Assembly: GCA_964016885.1 (NCBI GenBank)
Contig: OZ024742.1
Span: forward strand, 165,292,001-165,356,000
Length of the DNA: 64,000 bases
Source of the DNA: Eledone cirrhosa
Taxonomy: Eukaryota
Reading direction: 5' to 3'
Part shown: piece by piece, positions 52,901 to 64,000 of the stretch
Layout of the letters: the number at the start of each line of letters is the position of its first letter
How positions within the stretch are numbered: the first letter of the stretch is position 1
Notes under the pieces: generated by a model
Seen by the model: the letters and a program-made list of their open reading frames with translations, nothing else
Databases searched by the model: none
Told to the model about the DNA's origin: nothing
Translations under genes and position numbers: made by a program

Positions 52901-55900
52901 TGGACGGCTGCAAATTATCTCCCCTTGATTTTTTTAACAAATTATCTCCCCCTGATTTTTTTTTACAAATTATCTCCCCCTGATTTTTTTTTACAAATTA
53001 TCTACGCCTAATTTTTTTTACAAATTATCTCCCCCTGATTTTTTTTTACAAATTATCTCCCCCTGATTTTTTTTACAAATTATCTCCCCCTGATTTTTTT
53101 TACAAATTATCTCCCCCTGATTTTTTTACAAATTATCTCCCCCCTGATTTTTTTTACAATCTCCGCCTGATTTTTTTAAAAATTATCTTCCCTTGGCTGG
53201 CGGGAAATTATCTCCCCTTGGACGGCTGGAAATTATATCCCCTTGGAAGGATGGAAATTATCTCCCCTTGGACGGCTGGAAATTATCTCCCCTTGGACGG
53301 CTGGAAATTACCTCCCCTTGGACAGCTGGAAATTATCTGCCCTTGATTTTGTTTTTACAAATTATCTCCCCCTGATTTTTTTTACAAATTATCTCCACCT
53401 GATTTTTTAAAAAATTATCTCCCCTTGGACGGCTGGAAATTATCTCCCCTTGGACGGCTGGAAATTATCTCCCCTTGATTTTTTTTACAAATTATCTCCC
53501 CCTGATTTTTTTTTACAAATTATCTCCCCCTGATTTTTTTTACAAATTATCTCCCCCTGATTTTTTTTTACAAATTATTTCCCCCTGATTTTTTTACAAA
53601 TTATCTCCCCCCTGATTTTTTTTACAATCTCCGCCTGATTTTTTTAAAAATTATCTTCCCTTGGCTGGCGGGAAATTATCTCCCCTTGGACGGCTGGAAA
53701 TTATATCCCCTTGGAAGGATGGAAATTATCTCCCCTTGGACGGCTGGAAATTATCTCCCCTTGGACGGCTGGAAATTATCTCCCCTTGGACAGCTGGAAA
53801 TTATCTGCCCTTGATTTTGTTTTTACAAATTATCTCCCCCTGATTTTTTTTACAAATTATCTCCACCTGATTTTTTAAAAAATTATCTCCCCTTGGACGG
53901 CTGGAAATTATCTCCCCTTGATTTTTTTTACAAATTATCTCCCCCTGATTTTTTTTTACAAATTATCTCCCCCTGATTTTTTTTTACAAATTATCTCCCC
54001 CTGATTTTTTTTTACAAATTATCTCACCCTGATTTTTTTTACAAATTATCTCTCCCTGATTTTTTTACAAATTATCTCCCCTTGGCTGGCTGGAAATTAT
54101 CTCCCCTTGGACGGCTGGAAATTATCTCCTCTTGGACGGCTAGATATTACCTCCCCTTGGACGGCTGGAAATTATCTCCCCTTGATTTTTTTACAAATTA
54201 TCTCCCCCTGATTTTTTTACAAATTATCTCCCCCTGATTTTTTTTACAAATTATCTCCGCCTAATTTTTTTAAATATTATCTTCCCTTGGCTGGCGGGAA
54301 ATTATCTCCCCTTGGACGGCTGAAAATTATCTCCCCTTGGACGGCTGGAAATTATCTCCCCTTGATTTTTTTTACAAATTATCTCCCCCTGATTTTTTTT
54401 TACAAATTATCTCCCCCTGATTTTTTTTACAAATTATCTCCCCCTGATTTTTTTACAAATTATCTCCCCTTGGCTGGCTGGAAATTATCTCCCATTGGAG
54501 GCTGGAATTTATCTCCCCTTGGACGGTTAGAAATTACCTCCCCTTGGACGGCTGGAAAATATGTCTCCTTGGACGGCTGGAAATTATCGCCCCTTGGACG
54601 GCTGGAAATTATCTCCCCTTGGACGGCTGGAAATTATCTCTCATCGGACGGCTAGAAATTACCTCTCCTTGGACAGCTGAAAATTATCTCCCCTTGGACG
54701 GCTGGAAATTATCTCCCCTTGATTTTTTTTACAAATTATCTCCCCCTGATTTTTTTTTACAAATTATCTCCCCCTGATTTTTTTTTACAAATTATCTCCC
54801 CCTGATTTTTTTTTACAAATTATCTCCCCCTGATATTTTTTACAAATTATCTCCCCCTGATTTTTTTACAAATTATCTCCCCTTGGCTGGCTGGAAATTA
54901 TCTCCCCTTGGAGGCTGGAATTTATCTCCCCTTGGACGGCTAGAAATTACCTCGCCTTGGACGGCTGGAAAATATGTCTCCTTGGACGGCTGGAAATTAT
55001 CTCCCCTTGGACGGCTGGAAATTATCTCCCCTTGGACAGCTGGAAATTATCTCCCCTTGGACGGCTAGATATTACCTCCCCTTGGACGGCTGGAAATTAT
55101 CTCCCCCTGATTTTTTTTTACAAATTATCTCCCCCTGATTTTTTTTACAAATTATCTCCCCCTGATTTTTTTACAAATTATCTCCCCTTGGCTGGCTGGA
55201 AATTATCTCCCCTTGGAGGCTGGAATTTATCTCCCCTTGGACGGCTAGAAATTACCTCTCCTTGGAAGGCTGGAAAATATGTCCTTGGACGGCTGGATAT
55301 TATCTACCCTTGGACGGCTGGAAATTATCTCCCCTTGGACGGCTGGAAATTATCTCCCCTTGGACGGCTAGATATTACCTCCCCTTGGACGGCTGAAAAT
55401 TATCTCCCCTTGGACGGCTGGAAATTATCTCCCCTTGATTTTTTTTACAAATTATCTCCCCCTGATTATTTTTTACAAATTATCCCCTGATTTTTTTTTT
55501 ACAAATTATCTCCCCCTGATTTTTTTTACAAATTATCTCCCCCTGATTTTTTTACAAATTATCTCCCCTTGGCTGGCTGGAAATTATCTCCCATTGGAGG
55601 CTGGAATTTATCTCCCCTTGGACGGTTAGAAATTACCTCCCCTTGGACGGCTGGAAAATATGTCTCCTTGGACGGCTGGAAATTATCGCCCCTTGGATGG
55701 CTGGAAATTATCTCCCCTTGGACGGTTGGAAATTATCTCTCATCGGACGGCTAGAAATTACCTCTCCTTGGACAGCTGAAAATTATCTCCCCTTGGACGG
55801 CTGGAAATTATCTCCCCTTGATTTTTTTTACAAATTATCTCCCCCTGATTTTTTTTTACAAATTATCTCCCCCTGATTTTTTTTTTACAAATTATCTCCC

Positions 55901-58900
55901 CCTGATTTTTTTTTACAAATTATCTCCCCCTGATATTTTTTACAAATTATCTCCCCCTGATTTTTTTACAAATTATCTCCCCTTGGCTGGCTGGAAATTA
56001 TCTCCCCTTGGAGGCTTGAATTTATCTCCCCTTGGACGGCTGGAAAATATGTCTCCTTGGACGGCTGGAAATTATCTCCCCTTGGACGGCTGGAAATTAT
56101 CTCCCCTTGGACAGCTGGAAATTATCTCCCCTTGGACGGCTAGATATTACCTCCCCTTGGACGGCTGGAAATTATCTCCCCTTGATTTTTTTTACAAATT
56201 ATCTCCCCCTGATTTTTTTTTACAAATTATCTCCCCCTGATTTTTTTTTACGAATTATCTCCCCCCGATTTTTTTTTACAAATTATCTCCGCCTGATTTT
56301 TTTTTAAAAATTATCTCCCCTTGAACGGCTGGAAATTATCTCCCCTTGGACGGCTGGAAATTATCTCCCCTTGGACGGCTAGAAATTACCTCTCCTTGGA
56401 CGGCTGAAAATTATCTCCCCTTGGACGGCTGCAAATTATCTCCCCTTGATTTTTTAACAAATTATCTCCCCCTGATTTTTTTTTACAAATTATCTCCCCC
56501 TGATTTTTTTTTACAAATTATCTCCCCCTGATTTTTTTTTACAAATTATCTCCCCCTGATTTTTTTTACAAATTATCTCCCCCTGATTTTTTTTACAATC
56601 TCCGCCTGATTTTTTAAAAAATTATCTTCCCTTGGCTGGCGGGAAATTATCTCCCCTTGGACGGCTGGAAATTATCTCCCCTTGGACGGCTGGAAATTAT
56701 CTCCCCTTGGACAGCTGGAAATTATCTGCCCTTGATTTTGTTTTTACAAATTATCTCCCCTGATTTTTTTTACAAATTATCTCCACCTGATTTTTAAAAA
56801 ATTATCTCCCCTTGGACGGCTGGAAATTATCTCCCCTTGATTTTTTTACAAATTATCTCCCCCTGATTTTTTTTAATTCAAATTATCTCCCCCCTGATTT
56901 TATGTTACAAATTATCTCCCCTGATTTATTTACAAATTATCTCCGCCTGATTTTTTTAAATATTATCTTCCCTTGGCTGGCGGGAAATTATCTCCCCTTG
57001 GACGGCTGGAAATTATCTCCCCTTGATTTTTTTTACAAATTATCTCCCCCTGATTTTTTTTTTACAAATTATCTCCCCCTGATTTTTTTTTACAAATTAT
57101 CTCCCCCTGATTTTTTTTTACAAATCTCCCCCTGATTTTTTTATAAATTATCTCCCCTTGGCTGGCTGGAATTATCTCCCCTTGGAGGCTGGAATTTATC
57201 TCCCCTTGGACGGCTAGAAATTACCTCTCCTTGGATGGCTGGAAAATATGTCTCCTTGGACGGCTGGATATTATCTACCCTTGGACGGCTGGAAATTATC
57301 TCCCCTTGGACGGCTGGAAATTATCTCCCCTTGGACGGCTAGATATTACCTCCCATTGGACGGCTGGAAATTATCTCCCCTTGATTTTTTTTACAAATTA
57401 TCTCCCCCTGATTTTTTTTTACGAATTATCTCCCCCTGATTTTTTTTTACAAATTATCTCCGCCTGATTTTTTTTTTAAAATTATCTCCCCTTGAACGGC
57501 TGGAAATTATCTCCCCTTGGACGGCTGGAAATTATCTCCCCTTGGACGGCTAGAAATTACCTCTCCTTGGACGGCTGAAAATTATCTCCCCTTGGACGGC
57601 TGCAAATTATCTCCCCTTGATTTTTTTAACAAATTATCTCCCCCTGATTTTTTTTTACAAATTATCTCCCCCTGATTTTTTTTTACAAATTATCTACGCC
57701 TAATTTTTTTTACAAATTATCTCCCCCTGATTTTTTTTTACAAATTATCTCCCCCTGATTTTTTTTACAAATTATCTCCCCCTGATTTTTTTTACAAATT
57801 ATCTCCCCCTGATTTTTTTACAAATTATCTCCCCCCTGATTTTTTTTACAATCTCCGCCTGATTTTTTTAAAAATTATCTTCCCTTGGCTGGCGGGAAAT
57901 TATCTCCCCTTGGACGGCTGGAAATTATATCCCCTTGGAAGGATGGAAATTATCTCCCCTTGGACGGCTGGAAATTATCTCCCCTTGGACGGCTGGAAAT
58001 TACCTCCCCTTGGACAGCTGGAAATTATCTGCCCTTGATTTTGTTTTTACAAATTATCTCCCCCTGATTTTTTTTACAAATTATCTCCACCTGATTTTTT
58101 AAAAAATTATCTCCCCTTGGACGGCTGGAAATTATCTCCCCTTGGACGGCTGGAAATTATCTCCCCTTGATTTTTTTTACAAATTATCTCCCCCTGATTT
58201 TTTTTTACAAATTATCTCCCCCTGATTTTTTTTACAAATTATCTCCCCCTGATTTTTTTTTACAAATTATTTCCCCCTGATTTTTTTACAAATTATCTCC
58301 CCCCTGATTTTTTTTACAATCTCCGCCTGATTTTTTTAAAAATTATCTTCCCTTGGCTGGCGGGAAATTATCTCCCCTTGGACGGCTGGAAATTATATCC
58401 CCTTGGAAGGATGGAAATTATCTCCCCTTGGACGGCTGGAAATTATCTCCCCTTGGACGGCTGGAAATTATCTCCCCTTGGACAGCTGGAAATTATCTGC
58501 CCTTGATTTTGTTTTTACAAATTATCTCCCCCTGATTTTTTTTACAAATTATCTCCACCTGATTTTTTAAAAAATTATCTCCCCTTGGACGGCTGGAAAT
58601 TATCTCCCCTTGGAGGCTGGAATTTATCTCCCCTTGGACGGCTAGAAATTACCTCGCCTTGGACGGCTGGAAAATATGTCTCCTTGGACGGCTGGAAATT
58701 ATCTCCCCTTGGACGGCTGGAAATTATCTCCCCTTGGACAGCTGGAAATTATCTCCCCTTGGACGGCTAGATATTACCTCCCCTTGGACGGCTGGAAATT
58801 ATCTCCCCTTGATTTTTTTTACAAATTATCTCCCCCTGATTTTTTTTTACAAATTATCTCCCCCTGATTTTTTTTTACGAATTATCTCCCCCCGATTTTT

Positions 58901-61900
58901 TTTTACAAATTATCTCCGCCTGATTTTTTTTCAAAAATTATCTCCCCTTGAACGGCTGGAAATTATCTCCCCTTGGACGGCTGGAAATTATCTCCCCTTG
59001 GACGGCTAGAAATTACCTCTCCTTGGACGGCTGAAAATTATCTCCCCTTGGACGGCTGCAAATTATCTCCCCTTGATTTTTTAACAAATTATCTCCCCCT
59101 GATTTTTTTTTACAAATTATCTCCCCCTGATTTTTTTTTACAAATTATCTACGCCTAATTTTTTTTACAAATTATCTCCCCCTGATTTTTTTTACAAATT
59201 ATCTCCCCCTGATTTTTTTTACAAATTATCTCCCCCTGATTTTTTTTTACAAATTATTTCCCCCTGATTTTTTTACAAATTATCTCCCCCCTGATTTTTT
59301 TTACAATCTCCGCCTGATTTTTTTAAAAATTATCTTCCCTTGGCTGGCGGGAAATTATCTCCCCTTGGACGGCTGGAAATTATATCCCCTTGGAAGGATG
59401 GAAATTATCTCCCCTTGGACGGCTGGAAATTATCTCCCCTTGGACGGCTGGAAATTATCTCCCCTTGGACAGCTGGAAATTATCTGTCCTTGATTTTGTT
59501 TTTACAAATTATCTCCCCCTGATTTTTTTTACAAATTATCTCCACCTGATTTTTTAAAAAATTATCTCCCCTTGGACGGCTGGAAATTATCTCCCCTTGA
59601 TTTTTTTTACAAATTATCTCCCCCTGATTTTTTTTTACAAATTATCTCCCCCTGATTTTTTTTTACAAATTATCTCCCCCTGATTTTTTTTTACAAATTA
59701 TCTCACCCTGATTTTTTTTACAAATTATCTCTCCCTGATTTTTTTACAAATTATCTCCCCTTGGCTGGCTGGAAATTATCTCCCCTTGGAGGCTGGAATT
59801 TATCTCCCCTTGGACGGCTAGAAATTACCTCTCCTTGGACGGCTGGAAAATATGTCTCCTTGGACGGCTGGATATTATCTACCCGTGGACGGCTGGAAAT
59901 TATCTCCCCTTGGACGGCTGGAAATTATCTCCTCTTGGACGGCTAGATATTACCTCCCCTTGGACGGCTGGAAATTATCTCCCCTTGATTTTTTTACAAA
60001 TTATCTCCCCCTGATTTTTTTACAAATTATCTCCCCCTGATTTTTTTTACAAATTATCTCCGCCTAATTTTTTTAAATATTATCTTCCCTTGGCTGGCGG
60101 GAAATTATCTCCCCTTGGACGGCTGAAAATTATCTCCCCTTGGACGGCTGGAAATTATCTCCCCTTGATTTTTTTTACAAATTATCTCCCCCTGATTTTT
60201 TTTTACAAATTATCTCCCCCTGATTTTTTTTACAAATTATCTCCCCCTGATTTTTTTACAAATTATCTCCCCTTGGCTGGCTGGAAATTATCTCCCCTTG
60301 GAGGCTGGAATTTATCTCCCCTTGGACGGCTAGAAATTACCTCTCCTTGGAAGGCTGGAAAATATGTCCTTGGACGGCTGGATATTATCTACCCTTGGAC
60401 GGCTGGAAATTATCTCCCCTTGGACGGCTGGAAATTATCTCCCCTTGGACGGCTAGATATTACCTCCCCTTGGACGGCTGAAAATTATCTCCCCTTGGAC
60501 GGCTGGAAATTATCTCCCCTTGATTTTTTTTACAAATTATCTCCCCCTGATTATTTTTTACAAATTATCCCCTGATTTTTTTTTTACAAATTATCTCCCC
60601 CTGATTTTTTTTACAAATTATCTCCCCCTGATTTTTTTACAAATTATCTCCCCTTGGCTGGCTGGAAATTATCTCCCATTGGAGGCTGGAATTTATCTCC
60701 CCTTGGACGGTTAGAAATTACCTCCCCTTGGACGGCTGGAAAATATGTCTCCTTGGACGGCTGGAAATTATCGCCCCTTGGATGGCTGGAAATTATCTCC
60801 CCTTGGACGGTTGGAAATTATCTCTCATCGGACGGCTAGAAATTACCTCTCCTTGGACAGCTGAAAATTATCTCCCCTTGGACGGCTGGAAATTATCTCC
60901 CCTTGATTTTTTTTACAAATTATCTCCCCCTGATTTTTTTTTACAAATTATCTCCCCCTGATTTTTTTTTTACAAATTATCTCCCCCTGATTTTTTTTTA
61001 CAAATTATCTCCCCCTGATATTTTTTACAAATTATCTCCCCCTGATTTTTTTACAAATTATCTCCCCTTGGCTGGCTGGAAATTATCTCCCCTTGGAGGC
61101 TTGAATTTATCTCCCCTTGGACGGCTGGAAAATATGTCTCCTTGGACGGCTGGAAATTATCTCCCCTTGGACGGCTGGAAATTATCTCCCCTTGGACAGC
61201 TGGAAATTATCTCCCCTTGGACGGCTAGATATTACCTCCCCTTGGACGGCTGGAAATTATCTCCCCTTGATTTTTTTTACAAATTATCTCCCCCTGATTT
61301 TTTTTTACAAATTATCTCCCCCTGATTTTTTTTTACGAATTATCTCCCCCCGATTTTTTTTTACAAATTATCTCCGCCTGATTTTTTTTTAAAAATTATC
61401 TCCCCTTGAACGGCTGGAAATTATCTCCCCTTGGACGGCTGGAAATTATCTCCCCTTGGACGGCTAGAAATTACCTCTCCTTGGACGGCTGAAAATTATC
61501 TCCCCTTGGACGGCTGCAAATTATCTCCCCTTGATTTTTTAACAAATTATCTCCCCCTGATTTTTTTTTACAAATTATCTCCCCCTGATTTTTTTTTACA
61601 AATTATCTCCCCCTGATTTTTTTTTACAAATTATCTCCCCCTGATTTTTTTTACAAATTATCTCCCCCTGATTTTTTTTACAATCTCCGCCTGATTTTTT
61701 AAAAAATTATCTTCCCTTGGCTGGCGGGAAATTATCTCCCCTTGGACGGCTGGAAATTATCTCCCCTTGGACGGCTGGAAATTATCTCCCCTTGGACAGC
61801 TGGAAATTATCTGCCCTTGATTTTGTTTTTACAAATTATCTCCCCCTGATTTTTTTTACAAATTATCTCCACCTGATTTTTTAAAAAATTATCTCCCCTT

Positions 61901-64000
61901 GGACGGCTGGAAATTATCTCCCCTTGATTTTTTTACAAATTATCTCCCCCTGATTTTTTTTACAAATTATCTCCCCCTGATTTTATGTTACAAATTATCT
62001 CCCCCTGATTTATTTACAAATTATCTCCGCCTGATTTTTTTAAATATTATCTTCCCTTGGCTGGCGGGAAATTATCTCCCCTTGGACGGCTGGAAATTAT
62101 CTCCCCTTGATTTTTTTTACAAATTATCTCCCCCTGATTTTTTTTTACAAATTATCTCCCCCTGATTTTTTTTTACAAATTATCTCCCCCTGATTTTTTT
62201 TTACAAATCTCCCCCTGATTTTTTTATAAATTATCTCCCCTTGGCTGGCTGGAAATTATCTCCCCTTGGAGGCTGGAATTTATCTCCCCTTGGACGGCTA
62301 GAAATTACCTCTCCTTGGATGGCTGGAAAATATGTCTCCTTGGACGGCTGGATATTATCTACCCTTGGACGGCTGGAAATTATCTCCCCTTGGACGGCTG
62401 GAAATTATCTCCCCTTGGACGGCTAGATATTACCTCCCATTGGACGGCTGGAAATTATCTCCCCTTGATTTTTTTTACAAATTATCTCCCCCTGATTTTT
62501 TTTTACGAATTATCTCCCCCTGATTTTTTTTTACAAATTATCTCCGCCTGATTTTTTTTTAAAAATTATCTCCCCTTGAACGGCTGGAAATTATCTCCCC
62601 TTGGACGGCTGGAAATTATCTCCCCTTGGACGGCTAGAAATTACCTCTCCTTGGACGGCTGAAAATTATCTCCCCTTGGACGGCTGCAAATTATCTCCCC
62701 TTGATTTTTTTAACAAATTATCTCCCCCTGATTTTTTTTTACAAATTATCTCCCCCTGATTTTTTTTTACAAATTATCTACGCCTAATTTTTTTTACAAA
62801 TTATCTCCCCCTGATTTTTTTTTACAAATTATCTCCCCCTGATTTTTTTTACAAATTATCTCCCCCTGATTTTTTTTACAAATTATCTCCCCCTGATTTT
62901 TTTACAAATTATCTCCCCCCTGATTTTTTTTACAATCTCCGCCTGATTTTTTTAAAAATTATCTTCCCTTGGCTGGCGGGAAATTATCTCCCCTTGGACG
63001 GCTGGAAATTATATCCCCTTGGAAGGATGGAAATTATCTCCCCTTGGACGGCTGGAAATTATCTCCCCTTGGACGGCTGGAAATTACCTCCCCTTGGACA
63101 GCTGGAAATTATCTGCCCTTGATTTTGTTTTTACAAATTATCTCCCCCTGATTTTTTTTACAAATTATCTCCACCTGATTTTTTAAAAAATTATCTCCCC
63201 TTGGACGGCTGGAAATTATCTCCCCTTGGACGGCTGGAAATTATCTCCCCTTGATTTTTTTTACAAATTATCTCCCCCTGATTTTTTTTTACAAATTATC
63301 TCCCCCTGATTTTTTTTACAAATTATCTCCCCCTGATTTTTTTTTACAAATTATTTCCCCCTGATTTTTTTACAAATTATCTCCCCCCTGATTTTTTTTA
63401 CAATCTCCGCCTGATTTTTTTAAAAATTATCTTCCCTTGGCTGGCGGGAAATTATCTCCCCTTGGACGGCTGGAAATTATATCCCCTTGGAAGGATGGAA
63501 ATTATCTCCCCTTGGACGGCTGGAAATTATCTCCCCTTGGACGGCTGGAAATTATCTCCCCTTGGACAGCTGGAAATTATCTGCCCTTGATTTTGTTTTT
63601 ACAAATTATCTCCCCCTGATTTTTTTTACAAATTATCTCCACCTGATTTTTTAAAAAATTATCTCCCCTTGGACGGCTGGAAATTATCTCCCCTTGGAGG
63701 CTGGAATTTATCTCCCCTTGGACGGCTAGAAATTACCTCGCCTTGGACGGCTGGAAAATATGTCTCCTTGGACGGCTGGAAATTATCTCCCCTTGGACGG
63801 CTGGAAATTATCTCCCCTTGGACAGCTGGAAATTATCTCCCCTTGGACGGCTAGATATTACCTCCCCTTGGACGGCTGGAAATTATCTCCCCTTGATTTT
63901 TTTTACAAATTATCTCCCCCTGATTTTTTTTTACAAATTATCTCCCCCTGATTTTTTTTTACGAATTATCTCCCCCCGATTTTTTTTTACAAATTATCTC
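44190..64000 (+). repeat. Domain of about four copies of a 5084-bp higher-order unit, interrupted at about 53921-55093
   Basis: Offsets of 5084 (44480/49564, 46571/51655, 48577/53661), 5084-5085 (55569/60654, 58585/63669) and 9775-9776 (45794/55569, 48809/58585, 53661/63437). Confidence 0.92.

Larger units (their letters stand above)
1..64000 (+). repeat. Composite two-monomer satellite array (25-bp A unit and 26-29-bp B unit sharing core AAATTATCTCCCC); extends beyond both window edges
   Basis: The core recurs every 23-29 bp (one 21-bp truncated variant) from base 1 to 64000, always in the same orientation, followed by TTGGACGGCTGG (A) or CTGA-Tn-AC (B). No non-repeat sequence was seen. Confidence 0.99.

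Noticed and set aside
378-63951. All ORFs in the track (e.g. 233 aa at 29370-30071; LDGWKLSPLGRLEIISPWTAGNYLP and DFFYKLSPP/IFFTNYLPL repeats)
   Set aside because: The 25-bp A unit has no plus-strand stop, so all three frames yield the same rotating 25-aa peptide. Starts are mostly the repeat's TTG, ORFs overlap in different frames, and T-tract length changes shift frame freely. There is no frame conservation or recognisable domain.
1-64000. CRISPR array (constant core plus intervening sequence)
   Set aside because: The core is only 13 bp, the 'spacers' are 12-16 bp of just two recurring types rather than unique, and there is no leader or cas gene.
1-64000. Telomerase-synthesised long telomeric repeat (yeast-type 23-25 bp)
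   Set aside because: Two monomer types, ordered variant cassettes and multi-kb exact duplications indicate recombinational amplification, not templated addition. I recognise no known telomere motif. A subtelomeric location is not excluded.
1-64000. Whole array as a sequencing or synthetic artefact
   Set aside because: Nested, phylogenetically consistent variants and monomer-phased indels are typical of evolved satellite DNA. Only the exact copy number of the near-identical blocks remains uncertain.

Overview
The whole 64-kb window is one uninterrupted, single-orientation satellite DNA array of roughly 2,400 monomers (64,000/~26 bp). I see no credible genes, RNA genes, transposase or unique sequence. 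Every monomer carries the same 13-bp core AAATTATCTCCCC (with occasional point variants), followed by one of two unrelated tails. Type A is 25 bp (AAATTATCTCCCCTTGGACGGCTGG, 52% GC). Type B is 26-29 bp (AAATTATCTCCCCCTGA-T7..10-AC, about 30% GC). A and B occur in alternating blocks of 1-13 units, with stereotyped junction monomers and fixed-order cassettes of A variants. These cassettes are nested into higher-order repeats: 468 bp, about 2.35 kb (diverged), 3.49 kb, 4806 bp, 5084 bp and 8045 bp, plus an inferred ancestral super-unit of about 16.3 kb. Several breakpoints can be mapped to within a few to tens of bases. All listed ORFs are translation artefacts of the repeat. The architecture is most consistent with eukaryotic heterochromatic (peri/centromeric or subtelomeric) satellite, but the organism and function cannot be determined from this window. 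Offsets were derived by hand from matching ORF-track coordinates plus spot checks of the sequence, not from a computed alignment.
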